Notes: generated by a model not told the origin, from the sequence alone. Shown: positions 19,560 to 40,469, counted from the stretch's first letter. The stretch is DNA of 64,000 nt from the human T2T-CHM13v2.0 reference genome, Homo sapiens (GCF_009914755.1 NC_060943.1), one strand, 5' to 3'. Numbers and translations: made by a program.

Positions 19560-20345
19560 GCCTTGGATTAGCAAGACCTCTTTCAGTTTGTGAGAATAGA
19601 AAGCTCAGTTATACAGAGAGAAAGAAGAGAGAGAGAGAGAGAAAAGGGAGGGAGGGAGGGAAGGAAGGAGGGAGGGAGGGAAGGAAGGAGGGAGGGAGGG
19701 AACGAAGGAAAGAAGGAAGGAAGGAAGGGAGGGAGGGAGGGAAGGGGGAGAGAGAAGGAAGGAAGGAAGGGAGGGAAGAGAGAGAGAAGGAAGGAAGGGA
19801 GGGAGGGAAGGAGGGAGGGAAAGGAAAAGAAAGGAAAGGAAGGAGGGAAGGAGGGAAGGAAGGGAAAGAAAGAAAACGAAAAAAAAGAAAAGAACGATTG
19901 CTGGCTCATTTAACTAACAAGTCATAGGACAAGGACACTTTCAGGTACAGCTAGATCCAGGTGTCAAATGATGTCATGGGGACCCCATCTCTCTCCCTTT
20001 CCTTTTCGCAGTCCTGCTTCCTTCTATGGTGTCAGAAGTCTGAGACACGTGGTCTCTACATGGTGGCACCTGGATTATAGCTTCACAGCAAGGAAGATTT
20101 AGCAAGGAAAAATCTCTCTTTCTATCACTCCCACTAAAGTCCCAGAACTGAATCTTATGGAACCTTCTGGGGTCACATGCCCACCCCTGAACCAATGATG
20201 GAGGCTGGAGGAATTAAGAAAGCTGATTGGCCCAGTCTGAGTCATGTGCCTTCCCCTGAGCCAATCATAAGAGTCTGAAGGAATAAAGGAAGCTGGCTCT
20301 GGGAATAGAGTCCACACAATGAGGTCTGAGTGGCTTCCCAAGCAA
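19560..20345 (-). mobile_element. Old MLT1 (J/K-like) LTR split by a GA repeat
   Basis: ttcaggtacagctagatccaggtgtcaaatgatgtcat; ctgattggcccagtctgagtcatgtgcc. Confidence 0.6.
19615..19893 (+). repeat. GA-rich polypurine simple repeat
   Basis: gaga/ggga/ggaa units. Confidence 0.92.
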
Positions 20346-20474
20346 AATATGATTCTAACCCATGCAAAATCTGGTTCTATCTCCAGGAATGCTGAGTAGG
20401 CAAATCTGAATGCCTCCTCTCCAGAGATGAGTAATCTTGTGTTTGCCTCCTTTTCAAGTTGGTGGCAAAAGTGA

Positions 20475-20783
<309 letters not shown>

Positions 20784-21002
20784 ACGGATCCTATTTTTAC
20801 AACTTGTGCCAACTCTAGGTAGGTTCGGTCTTGTTATGCCCATTCGAAAAACTGGGACTAACAGAGCATATGTCATGCAGTGACCAAGAAAATTAAATAA
20901 AATAATAGATATAAAACACTTAGCACAGTGTCTAGTATTTGGTAAGTCTGCCACACATCGGCAATTATTATTCCTATATTTTAAATTTTACTGGTAACAT
21001 AA

Positions 21003-21965
<963 letters not shown>

Positions 21966-22596
21966 TCACACTGGGTTTCAACTTTTCCTTTCTAGCTATG
22001 TCCCCTTCTCTAGGCAATTCAGCTACTCCAGGCCCCCCGTCCACTTACCAGGACACAGGAATCAGAGTAACACCCATCTGGCAGGGCTGTTGTCGGGATC
22101 AAGTACAATTATACAGCAGGCTTGGGGTTCTGAAGCAGCTGGGAAGATCCACAAGCCACGATATATTGAGCACCAACTGTTTACAGCTATCAAGCATGTA
22201 CTATCCACCAGGCACATGATCCTCCTAGCAAAATTTTTTCATTTTTCTGCACAGCACCATTTGGGAAAGGCTAAGTCAGAGTCTGGGGTGGGTTGAAAGC
22301 TAGAAGACACTCTGAGCCTATGTCCTCGGTAAAAAAAAAAAAAAAAAAATCAGGAGTGACCCATGCTCAGCTGATAGCATTAACGGGGAAGGAAAGAGGG
22401 CGACAGAGACTCTTCCCCAACATCTATCTAGCCCAGCTTGGCACTTTGGACCGCAGCCTGTATGGAAATTCCTGGCCTCTGATGACCTCAAGCTGTCTTG
22501 GTCTTTAATCCTGACTCTGAACCTGTTTCCTTACTCAGATAGAGGTCTGACTTTTGACATGTGTCCCGTACACCCAGCACCCATCTGGCTTCCTTA

Positions 22597-22895
22597 TTTT
22601 TTTGTTTTTTTAAGAGACAGGGTCTTGCTCTGTTGTCCTGGCTGGTGTTCAGTGGTGTGACCGTAGCTCACTGCAGCATCAAACTCCTGCGGTCAAGCAA
22701 TCCTCCTGCTTCAGCCTCTGGAGTAGCTGGGACTACAGCCATGGGCCACCACAGCTGGCTAATTTTTTTATTTGTTTAGAGACAGGGTCTTGCTACATTG
22801 CCCAGGTTGGTCTTGAATCCCTGGCCTCAAGCGATCCTCCCACCTCGGCCTCCCAAAGTGCTGGGATTACAGGCATGAGCCACGGTGTCCAGCCT
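22597..22895 (-). mobile_element. AluJ
   Basis: Antisense Alu; TSD ctggcttcc(t/c)tattt. Confidence 0.9.
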
Positions 22896-23029
22896 GGCTT
22901 CCCTATTTGGCAGTGATTATGTCCACTCCTTGCTCTTGGTGGAGGAAACAGCTGTGTCCTTGGGGAGCGCCAGGCTGTAGGTAACTACGCTTCCTTAGAG
23001 GAAGCTATAGGTATAAGGAAGTTTGCTTA

Positions 23030-23443
<414 letters not shown>

Positions 23444-23669
23444 TCACTACACTTTACATGTCACAAGCATTAATTACCTCATTTGATTTTCACCCAAACC
23501 AAGAAATGGAAGTATCTAGAGAAAGAAGCCCAGCATAAAGACACAAGGGAGCATTTTTGGAGGTAACCATTGACAGAAATGAGTTAAAGAAAATTCAACT
23601 GGTGTCCAGGCTCTGGTGTAAAATTCTGCTTTGGGGTGAAACGCAGGGTTACCTGGGCACACTGTGATG

Positions 23670-23721
23670 GTCCTGGCTAACCAGTAGCAGGTGGGCTTTT
23701 GCAGAGATAATCCAGGGCCCT
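23670..23721 (+). repeat. 52-bp dispersed duplicate of 24964-25015
   Basis: 51/52 identical; flanked by the direct repeat CTGTGATG. Confidence 0.95.
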
Positions 23722-24152
23722 GTGATGAGTTGGTCACCCTAGTGACCCAATTTTGGCCTCCAGATATTGGCTTCTGGCCAATTCTAGGAGGATCAGGAAG
23801 CCAAATTTAGCACAGAATGTGCTGCTTCTTCATTGAACTCCTATTCACCCTTCAAAACCCAGTACAAAAGTTCCCTTCCTCTGTAAGGCAGAGTATAGCA
23901 AGAAAAGCTAGGGTTCTGAAGCCAGAGAGACTGTGGGTTCAAATCCTAGCTCTGTGAAAAGATTGTTGTGAGGACCATGTGCCTGGGAGACAATACATGC
24001 TCAATAACTGTATACAGCTGGTGCTCAGTAGTGACTTATGGATATTCCCAGGTGCTTCAAAGCCCTCAACCTGATGGATATTACTCTATTAAACCCAAAA
24101 TTTCCCATCTTCCCTCCTCTAAGCCACCAGAATAGACTGGAACAAAAAAAAA

Positions 24153-24443
<291 letters not shown>

Positions 24444-24619
24444 AATTTTTTTTTTTTTTTTTTTTAAAGACAAAGTCTTGTGACATGCTCAAACCAGCTC
24501 ATGCAAATCTCCGTTTCAGTCTTTCTCCCTCAACCTCAAGCCCTGACACCAAGCAGGGCTGTTTTCCAATTGGCTTTTCCTCTGCCAAGAATTTCCCCAG
24601 AGCACAAACAGAGGCGTGC

Positions 24620-25161
24620 AGCAAAGTAAACACGGGAAGCTCTGAAAACCCATTCATGGGCAACTCAAAGGTGTCGAGACATCAGGGTGTGTGGCCGAGC
24701 TTTCCGCCATGGGGGCAGCGAGCCTCCACGAAGCCCAGGCGACTTGCCGACGGCCCCACTCCAGGTGACCAAGCCACATCTCGACCAGAGGAAGGAGAAC
24801 ATACAAAGAAAGACACTGTCTCTGCCGGAGGGCGATGGTCCAGGCAGTGCACCCTGGGCGAAGGGGCCAAGAAGCCGTAAGATGTGCGTCCCGAGGAAAT
24901 GCACCGTGGTTATAAATACAGCAAAGAGTGTTTGGATGAAGCTGGTGTCTGAAAGTGGAGACAGTCCTGGCTAACCAATAGCAGGTGGGCTTTTGCAGAG
25001 ATAATCCAGGGCCCTTTTCACAGAGACCTAGGGCTGTAAGGAAGTCCCCCAAACGCCCAATAAATATCCAGGTTCTTGTCTCTAAATTAGCTGGCTGAAG
25101 AAAACTTGGTCCAAACTGCATCAGAGGTGGGGGTGGGGGAACAGAGGAAAGAAAAGGGGAT

Positions 25162-25195
<34 letters not shown>

Positions 25196-25270
25196 GACAG
25201 AGAGGGGAGTATCCCATTAAGGCAGCAGGGCAGCAGCAAAGAGGAGAGAGGAGGGGAGAGGGGAGGTTGT
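24620..25270. promoter_or_regulatory. Putative enhancer/promoter-like unique island
   Basis: Locally retained CpGs; GTAAACA 24626, TATAAAT 24911, CCAAT 24975, CAGGTG 24982, AGATAA 24999. Motif evidence only. Confidence 0.3.
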
Positions 25271-25329
25271 GGCCACATGCTGTGTAACACTTAGAGTTTC
25301 CTATGCACCCAGCACTATTCCAATTATTA

Positions 25330-25430
25330 ACCATTTATTTCCCCCAACAATCCTAGATGTTCCCATTTTACAGAGGAGAAGACTGAGGCACAGAGAGGTT
25401 CAGTAACCTGCCCATGGTCACACAGCTATT
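25330..25430 (-). mobile_element. MIR
   Basis: cccattttacagaggagaagactgaggcacagagaggtt...gtcacacagct. Confidence 0.75.
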
Positions 25431-25971
25431 GAGCGGCCGAGCCACAAGAAGACACTTGCTCCATCAATGTTACTGTGGGCCAGTTGCCGTTATAGGTGTA
25501 AGATGATTCCTCAGGGAGAAACGCTAATGTTCCCCTTCCCCGACACTTTCTCCAGATCAGCTTAGGGGTGCTTGAGTGCCTGACCCGCCACCCCCGCCCC
25601 ACCACCAAGCCAAAATGCTTGAGTGACACTCTCTGATTCTCCAGTGTACCATGTCACCAATTAGGTGTTTCAAGAGGGGCTTCCAAGAGGGAAGGACCTT
25701 TCTGTTTTCTTCCCTGTGGCTATGTCCTGACTCCCCAGCCCAGCACTTGAGTAATACATAAACCCACCTTCATTAAATGACTATCATCATATTCCTCCAG
25801 ATTCCTTGGTCCCCCAAGTCTAGGGACGTGGTTTTTGTCGGTAGCATGGCAGTGTCAAACCACAGAGCCACGAGGCTGATGATGGGCTCTTGGTTTCCAT
25901 TTCCCCCCCCCTCAAAAAAAGAGCAGAGAATAATTGCAGAGTGCCCCTCACCCCCATTCCAGCACCCTGGT

Positions 25972-26182
25972 CCAGGGGTCCTCAAATGGAGGCGATTCTG
26001 CCCACCAGGAGACACCTGGCAGTGTCTGGAGACATTTGTGTTTGCCATGCCTCGGGGGCGGCGCTCCTGGCATGGAATGGGTGGAAGCCAGGGATGCTGC
26101 TAGCACCCTCAGTGCCCAGGACGGCCCCACCCCAGAGAACAATCCAGCCCCAGTATCCGCAGGCCCCAGGTGGAGAAACCCC
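25972..26182 (+). mobile_element. MER20
   Basis: caggggtcctcaa...ggcagtgtctggagacattt...ggtggagaaaccc. Confidence 0.82.
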
Positions 26183-26328
26183 GTCCCGGAATGAGAAGCC
26201 CCTCTCCTCCACCACATCAAAGCCAAGATGACAACGTCTCTGAGTTTGACACAAGGTTAGGGGGAAGTCTCATTTTTCAAATGGCTGGCTGTAACACTAA
26301 AAAAGGAAAATTAAAAATGTCTGAGGAT

Positions 26329-26973
<645 letters not shown>

Positions 26974-27463
26974 CTAGAAACAGCCCAATTTCATCTCCAT
27001 ATACCCCTACTCCAAACAGGTTTCCAAATTGCAAAAATGGCTGATAAAAAAAATTCTTTAAGCTGATGTAAAAACTAATGCCCTCCTCCTCCTGCCAATT
27101 TTGCTACTCTTGAGCAAGATCTCAGCAGCTCCACTTGGATGCTGGAAATATATGCCAGAGGAGACTTATGATGCTAATTTCCTTTAGTAAACAGTTCAAA
27201 TCTTGTCTTGGACACCAATGAAATAAGAAAAGCTAGCCACAGGCTGTGTGGAATTCCTTCCTCTTAACACTAAGCATCAGGCATTCCATGACTTTTGCTC
27301 TTGGGATGGCAAACATGAATGTTTCTAGAACACTGAGTTTTCCAGCATATACCTTTTCTGGTTATTTTCAATAGGTTTGGTGTGAAAAATTAACGAATTC
27401 ACTATTTGTTGCTGGACAGTCCCTCTGGAACAAAGAACTGTGTGTCAAATACCAGCTGAATAA

Positions 27464-28039
<576 letters not shown>

Positions 28040-28994
28040 TGATATGTATCCTCAATGGTTAACATGGTGTCCTAAAAGGTGTTTTTCTGTTTCTTAACAT
28101 ACCAGAAACAAGATGGTCTGAGACCGCGACCTTCACACTAGGGTCATATTTCAACACAGAAACCAGGGTAGCATCACCCAGAAAAAAAAAAGGGAGGGGA
28201 GGTAAATCAGACTGTCCCAAATCTAGGGCCTCTCTCAGGGCACAAGAAACAGCCCCAGAGGGCCCCCATGGGTCCTGCTCCCTAAGGCCATTTGTCCCTC
28301 TTCACTGTGGTACAGGGTGGTTCTGAAACGCACCCTAACTTTAGTGATGACACAGGGTCCGGCAAGTATCCAGACCTATAGTCCAGCAGACTTTCCATGA
28401 AGACCTGCCCTAAAATGAATATCGACACTTGGCCAGAAGCAACAAAATAACATTCCACTCTGCTGGAAAATTGAGGCGGGGGCTTAAAGGCTTATTTTAA
28501 CAGCTTAACAGCTTAGCAAAATAAATCTGCTGTCATTATACACAGACAAATGTCGTTTATGTCTCTTGCATCTATGAGACAATCAAGATTTCATGATCAC
28601 ACCCCATTTACTCAGTGAGGCTAAAGACAGGAAGGTCAAGAGTATTAACAATTATATAATTATCCTCTGCAGTAAAACAATTGAGGCATTCCACTCAAAT
28701 CAGAAATGAGACTGGGCTGACCATATTCAGCTGCGTCACTGAACACTGTTCTGGAAGTTCCTGCCATAACAAGGTTAACAGCAATAACTGGTCTAATTAT
28801 TGGCAAAAGGCAAGAAGTCATCATTATCTGCAGATGCTGCAATTATAGAGTTGGAAAATTGAAGGGAATCAATTGCAGGGCTTTTAGAACTAGTAAGCAT
28901 TTAATAAGGTAGCAGTAAGTAAAGAAAACACAATCCCTGTCCCCTATGCTACAAAATAATCACTTTTAATACTTCAAAACATCTCCCTTATATT

Positions 28995-29562
28995 AGATGA
29001 TAGACACACGGATAGATGGAGAGATGAATGGACACATGGATGGGTGGATGAATGGGTGGGTGGAGGGATGGATGAATGAATAAGTGGATGTATGCATGGG
29101 TGGATAGATGGATGAGAAGATTGCTGGGTGAGTGGTTGGAAGGGATGGAGGGACAGGTGTGTGGATTGTTGGCAGAGTAGATAGAAGGATGGATGGATGG
29201 ATGGATGGACGGACGTCTGGGTGGGTGGATGGATGGATGAATGGATGAGTGGATGTATGGATGGATGAATGGATGAGTGGATGTATGGATGGATGGGTGA
29301 TTGGATGAGTGGATGGATGGATGGGTGAGTGAATGGATGAAGGGTGACTGAATGAATGGATGGGTGAGTGGATGGATGATGGATGAATGGGTGAGTGGAT
29401 GAATGGATGGATGGATGGATGGATGGATGGATAATAGATGGTGGGTGGTGAATGGACTGGATGAATGGATAGATGGATGGATGGATGGGCAGATGAGCAA
29501 GTGGATGGAGGGATGATGGATGGATGGATGGATGGATGGATAGATGGATGGGCAGATGAGCA
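28995..29562 (+). repeat. Degenerate (TGGA)n simple repeat
   Basis: About 570 bp of ggat/tgga units. Confidence 0.93.
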
Positions 29563-29891
29563 AGGGAGTGATAGATATAAAGCCAGCAATCTAAGAACAA
29601 TGCTTACAAGAAGTAGACAAACTGTGTCTGAAGCAAAATCACAAAACATTTCTAAGAACAGGAAAGAACCCTTGGGAAAATGGAGAGGAAATCCATGACA
29701 TAGGAGAGTACAAGTAAATACTGCCAAGGTGCTCCTTCTCTCCATCAATTGATGGACTTCACATACAATCAACCCCATAAAGGGCCTCTGGGTCTGTGTT
29801 TTCCTTTTCCTTTGCTTCCCTTTTTCTTTCTTGGAACTTGGCTACAGTTTTTAAACTTTTGGAAGCATAAACAAAGCAAGGATGCTTTTGA

Positions 29892-30264
<373 letters not shown>

Positions 30265-30697
30265 CAGAACTTTTATCCATATTGTTCTCGGCCACATTCT
30301 CAGAGGCTCGCACAGCACCTGGCTCTCAGCAGATGGACAGAAGGCACAGGTCAATGAATGGGCAGCTTAGGTAGGGAAGATGGATTTGAAGGCCATGTAA
30401 GCAGTTAAAGGGATGGGACTCAGTAATTGATCAGGTGTAGCAATGAGGGAGAGAAAGATTCCCAGCTCTAGACTGAGGTCAGGCTGTGAGCTCAGAGCAA
30501 AGCCTGCAGTTCATCTTGGTAGCAGCTGGATCACTTTGAGCACAGTGCTGACCTTTCTGTCAGCCTCAACTTCTCCCTCTGCAAATTAGGAATCCTAACC
30601 GTGTCCACCTGGTGAGGTCACTGAGGCGATGACAGGATAAACCACACCAAGTGTCTAGCTCATAGCATGGTACTCCACCTTTCAGAAATATTACCTT

Positions 30698-31000
30698 GGC
30701 TGGGTGAGGTGCTTCATGCCTGTCATCCCAGCACTTTGGGAGGCCAAGGCAGGTGGATCACCTGAGGTCAGGAGTTCGAGACCAGCCTGGCCAACATGGT
30801 GAAACCCCATCTCGACTAAAAATACAAAAATTAGCCTGGTGTGGTGGCGGGCATCTGCAATCCCAGCTACTTGGGAGGCTGAGGCAGGGAGAATCGCTTG
30901 AATCCGAGAGGCGGAGATTGCAGTGGACTGAGATTGCACCACTGCACTCCAGCCTGGGTGACAGTGAGACTCCATCTCAAAAAAAAAAAAAAAAAAAAAA
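30698..31000 (+). mobile_element. AluS
   Basis: Full Alu with poly-A. Confidence 0.92.
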
Positions 31001-31449
31001 TATTAGCTCAAGGCCTCCTCTAGGAGAGATTAGGTCAGACTGTTCCTCCTGCAGCAAGGCCCTTTGCAGTATGGAAAAACCTCAGAGGTCTGTGCAGAAG
31101 AGAGACTATCTAGGGACAGATTTCAACAAAGCCAGTGCCAAGGAGGCGCGTGTCTACAGCGGAGCTGCGGCCTTTAGAAGCCTCCAGCCTCCCCTCCTGG
31201 CATGGACACAGGGAAGCCAACTCCCTTGGCCAGAGCCAGGAGCCAGGAGCCACACCAGCTCGCTGATTTCCAGAAACTCACAATTGCCCACTTACTCGGC
31301 ACAGCCTGTGCGCCACGGAGGAAACTGGAAAGGAGGGATCTCCTTGGAACATTCTGGCAGCTCAGCAAAGAGGGGGGAAGAATTAATTTCGGATCCTGAA
31401 TTTGCATCTGCAAATGCTGTTTTCGTTCAAACGCTTTGTGTTGTCTTGT

Positions 31450-31772
31450 TTTTGGTGGTGTTTTTTGTTTTTGTTTTTTTTTTTTTTTTGAGATGGAGTC
31501 TCTCTCTTTCGCCCAGGCTCTAGTGCGGTGGTGTGATCTCTGCTCTCTGCAACCTCCATCTCCCAGGTTCAAGTGATTGTCCTGCCTCAGCCTCCTGAGT
31601 AGCTGGGATTACAGGTCCCCAACACCACGCCCTGCTAATTTTTGTATTTTTAGTAGAGACAGGGTTTCACCATGTTGGTCAGGCTGGTCTCGAACTGCTG
31701 ACCACCAGTTATCTGCCCACCTTGGCCTCCCATTGTGCTGGGATTACAGACATGAGCCACGGCACCCGGCCC
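31450..31772 (-). mobile_element. AluS
   Basis: TSD tgtgttgtcttg. Confidence 0.92.
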
Positions 31773-31933
31773 TGTGTTGTCTTGATAAGAGTTTAAAGTG
31801 ACTGGATGTTGGGGCTATATATCCACCACCAACAACCTACCATACATCCTTTTACCCTCAAATTTTTGCTCTTTGAATCCTAACTGCTCCTGGCAGTAAA
31901 CCCCATCTAGGACTACCTGCCAACATACCTTAA

Positions 31934-32146
<213 letters not shown>

Positions 32147-32284
32147 TGAGGCTAACTATTTCTTTCTCTACCCGCTTCTTCAATAAAACCAAACTAAACA
32201 ATAATAATCAACAATGGTGATAGTAATCATTGTAACACCTCATTCCCGGGGGTACTGGGAATTCACTGGAAAGGGCTGGGATGA

Positions 32285-32666
<382 letters not shown>

Positions 32667-32703
32667 ATGTGCATTTTATTGTATGTTAAATATTTCAGTT
32701 GTT

Positions 32704-33002
<299 letters not shown>

Positions 33003-33171
33003 CTAAACTTAATCAAAGAAATAACAGTAGCTACAATAGGTCACAATGTACAGCTGCAATATAACTACAATGCTAGCAACAATGTAACTACCATGTTTAT
33101 CATTCCCGTATCCTCTTCTCTGATCCTCACAACGAGCTTGTGATACATGTTGGGTTTGGTTTTGGTGTTGA

Positions 33172-33550
<379 letters not shown>

Positions 33551-33813
33551 TAACAGGTTAAGCCTGGTTCCAAACCATCGTACTATGCTGTGTGGCCTGG
33601 CATGTGCTAGGTAGGGGGAGAAAGAAATGAAACATGACTGCAACTTTTCAGAAACTTCTACAAGCAAGCCCTGACCCCGAGTGCTGGGAACCACCCTATC
33701 AATGAAAGAAACCCCACACACTGCCCACTCTGCTGTCCTGCTACCCTGCACATCCTATGCCTTACACCAAGGATGGCCAATCCCTGCAACACTGGGTCAC
33801 CCAGGAAAGCTAA

Positions 33814-34802
<989 letters not shown>

Positions 34803-34948
34803 CAATCTATCCAGGAGAAAATGAAAATGGGAGAATCGACAGTTCCGAGTATCAGGATCTAAGGAGGAGATTTCAAAACACTGCTTTTCATATCCTCCCA
34901 TCATGAAAACAAGGGTTTTTCAAAAATCTCTTCTTAAAAATATTTCTG

Positions 34949-35284
<336 letters not shown>

Positions 35285-35738
35285 TCACAGATGGTTGTGA
35301 GGGCCAGTATTCAATCATCACTTGCAATCAGTCAGCCCTGACTTCTCCTTTGGCACTTATCTGCTTAACTACAAACTCAGTCAACAGTCTAAAAGCAAGG
35401 CAAGTTTCAACCTGCAGCTCGTCCACCCTTTGAGAACCCTGAGAAGATCATTAGACCACTGCTATGCTCTCCCCTCTCCAAACACAGTCACGAACTCCCT
35501 ACATTCTTACTCCTTGTGTCTGAAGATGAATAACCACCCTAAAATTATCGCTCTCAACTCTCTCACAGGAAAGAAAATTTCCAGGACTCTAGAAAATAAG
35601 ATTCTGCAAATATCCATGTGTCTGGCGCTAGAGCTTACGGAAGATTTTCAAAGCCACAGTGTGGAGCTAATTAAATTAATTACAACACCCTGTGAAAAAT
35701 CAGCTGCTTTTCAAAGATACTGTTAAGAAAGTGAAAGG

Positions 35739-36028
35739 GGCCAGGCGCTGCAGCTCTCGCCTGTAATCCAACACTTTGGAAGGATGAGGAGGGAGATTGC
35801 TTGAGATCCCAGGGGTTCAAGACCAGCCTGGGCAAGGTAGTGAGACCTCATCTTTACAAAAATAAAATTAGCTGGGTGTAGTGATGTGTGCTTGTAATCC
35901 AAGCTACTCAGGAGGCCGAGGTGGGAGGATTACTTGAGCCCAGGAGTTCAGGGCTGCAGTGAACTCCAGCCTGGGCAACAGAGTAAGATCCTATCTCTAA
36001 AAATAATAATAACAATAATAATAATAAA
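35739..36028 (+). mobile_element. AluJ
   Basis: Diverged sense Alu. Confidence 0.85.
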
Positions 36029-36029
36029 G

Positions 36030-36750
<721 letters not shown>

Positions 36751-36808
36751 GGCCAGGCACCATGGCTCACGCCTCTAATCCCAGCGCTTTATAAATTACT
36801 TAGTCTCA

Positions 36809-37405
<597 letters not shown>

Positions 37406-37407
37406 CA

Positions 37408-38030
<623 letters not shown>

Positions 38031-38047
38031 ATTTTTAAAAATTTAAA

Positions 38048-38098
38048 AAATACCCAGTCTCAGATAGTTCTTTATAGCAATGTGAGAATGAACTAATA
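38048..38098 (+). mobile_element. MST/THE1 LTR 3' terminus
   Basis: tacccagtctcagatagttctttatagcaatgtgagaatgaactaata. Confidence 0.7.
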
Positions 38099-38508
38099 TC
38101 CTCTCATCCCAAAATCAAAATGTTCAGTTATGTACAAAACCAGGAAGAAAAAGGCAAAAAAGGGAAGGGGAGGTTTCCCTCCATCTTGGGCATGTTTTTA
38201 TACTCATTCATTTCCCAGAGGAAGGATGGAAAGAAAATCCTCCTAGAACAGACTTGACCTGGCCAAACAAGCCCTGAAATCATTTGAAGAGACCAGGATT
38301 GAATGTAGAATCATAAAGTAAATCCATAACTGTTTCCCTCCCACACTAAGGAAGTTCTCCATCTCTCAAAATCCAAAAGCAAATGAAATAATAGAGGGAA
38401 AAAAAAAGCACCAAGTTCCTGGACAAATGCCACATTCCACATCAACATAGAAAACGTCCACGGGCAGGAGATGGACTTTCCATTGATGCAACAGAAAATG
38501 GAAAAAGA

Positions 38509-38853
<345 letters not shown>

Positions 38854-39039
38854 TCATCTCTCGTCTCAGCCTTCAAAGAATCACAAGGGTCCAGGCCGGA
38901 GAACTTTTGTACTGCCCTCCATTCCCTCCATATTCCTCACTGGAAAGAGGCTCCTATGGGCTAAGTCTCTCAATGGGCCCCATGCTTCAATCAGGAAGGG
39001 GTGGGCTTCCACTATGTGTCCCCAAAACTTGGGCAGCCA

Positions 39040-39210
39040 CAAACAGATATTTGTAGACCCGTGTTTTTCCCAGCGTTAGTTACAATGGCCAGAAGGCGGA
39101 AACAACCCAAATGTCCATCAACAGATGAATTCTCAAAAAAAAAAAAAAAAAAAAGGTTAAGATGGTCAATTTTATGATGCATGTCCTATTATTACTACAA
39201 AAAAAAAATT
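39040..39210 (+). mobile_element. L1MB 3' fragment with internal deletion and an Alu-tail remnant
   Basis: ggaaacaacccaaatgtccatcaacagatgaat joined to tctc(A)n ggttaagatgg. Confidence 0.65.
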
Positions 39211-39529
39211 ACAGATTTAAAGAAGAGCAACTGAAGATATCCAAACATCAGCATCTCAAAGAGATTTAAAAAGATGGATGCTTATTAGTCTAACTGGGTT
39301 TCTATCTGGCCACAATTTCAAGTGAGAAAAGCAAAGCAAAGCACAATTGAAATGCTGGGTAAAGAAATGCAATGACAGCAGCAAAGCATTTCCGACACTT
39401 CAATCCCTTGTGCACCTCTTTGTGACGTTGCCAATGCAGAGTCCCTGAAGAAAAAGGCCCAGCCCCCCCCACCCCAAAACAGCTCCCAGGGAAAGAGGAG
39501 GAAGAGGTAGGAAGACATGGCTAAGAAGC

Positions 39530-40080
39530 ATACAGAGAGATTCCCAGTCTTACCAGGAATCAGGGAGATGCAAAAGAATACCATAGGATACCAATTTCCA
39601 TGCACTGGAATTAACATAATTTTCCTGCAGCCTTGCCCACATTTGACATATACCTTAATGCATCACTGGTGAAACTGTCACAGCCACCTTGGAGACCATT
39701 CGGGGAGTATATACTAGATCTAAAAATGCACATACTCCATTCCCTGTGACTTCAATTCTGAACATCAATCCTAGAAAACCATTCACAAATGGGTAGGAGG
39801 AGATGGACACCAAGATGTTCATTGCAGCATTGTTTATAAAAGAAACAAACCGGAAACAATCTCAATGCCTCCCACTAGGGGAGCTGGTGAGTAGCATGTG
39901 GCTTATTCATACAAGATACTATGTAGCACTTAAAAGAATGAACTAGCAATACTGAATCAAGAGGCATAAACTTAAAGAACATAGTGGCTGAGAGAAAAAA
40001 AAAAGCATTTGGCTTAAGAACTCATGCAGCAGGTGTAGCAATTGGAATCACAATCACAAAAATATCATATGTGTGCATGG
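39530..40080 (+). mobile_element. Old L1ME-like fragment
   Basis: caagatgttcattgcagcattgtttataa...aaaagaatgaactag. Confidence 0.55.
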
Positions 40081-40096
40081 TGAGGAAGATCGCAGA

Positions 40097-40188
40097 GTTT
40101 TTTGTTTTTTGGTTTTTTTTGAGACGGAGTCTCACTCTGTCGCCCAGGCTGGAGTGCAGTGGCGCCATCTCAGCTCACTGCAAGCTCT
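40097..40188 (-). mobile_element. 5'-truncated AluY fragment
   Basis: About 90 bp with TSD-like tcgc(a/g)gagt. Confidence 0.8.
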
Positions 40189-40469
40189 CGCGGAGTATTT
40201 TTAAAGACTAGATCCATTACAGCAGGACCAGCCACGTGTGGCCAGTCAGAACTGAAATGTGCTTTACGTGCAAAATACACAATGGCTTCCTAAGGGATAG
40301 TACTACTTAGCTTCCCAATATATGCAGATATTTAGAATACTCAAAAGTGTATTACAATATAAATGGCAGTGTTTAACACCAGTGAACTGTATACTGAAAA
40401 ATAAATAAGATGGCAAATTTTATGATGTATATTTTATTACAGCAGCGAAAGATTTAAAGAAAGATTTAT

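Noticed and set aside
23681-23697. AGCAGGTGG as a CTCF site
   Set aside because: Only a partial core match; flanking consensus positions are missing.
23722-23800. GTGATGA as a possible snoRNA C box (also near 28344 and 49412)
   Set aside because: No suitably placed CTGA D box with a terminal stem; at 23722 the motif is part of the TSD.
24654-25334. 226-aa minus-strand ORF
   Set aside because: It crosses a CT/CTGT simple repeat, has no recognisable domain, and has no convincing splice structure.
28974-29778. 191-261-aa His/Pro/Ser/Ile-rich ORFs
   Set aside because: Produced by the stop-free (TCCA)n repeat in all three frames.
30753-31523. 256-aa plus-strand ORF (and the 185-229-aa ORFs at 16298-17342)
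   Set aside because: They start or end in Alu/LTR sequence and show no recognisable homology.
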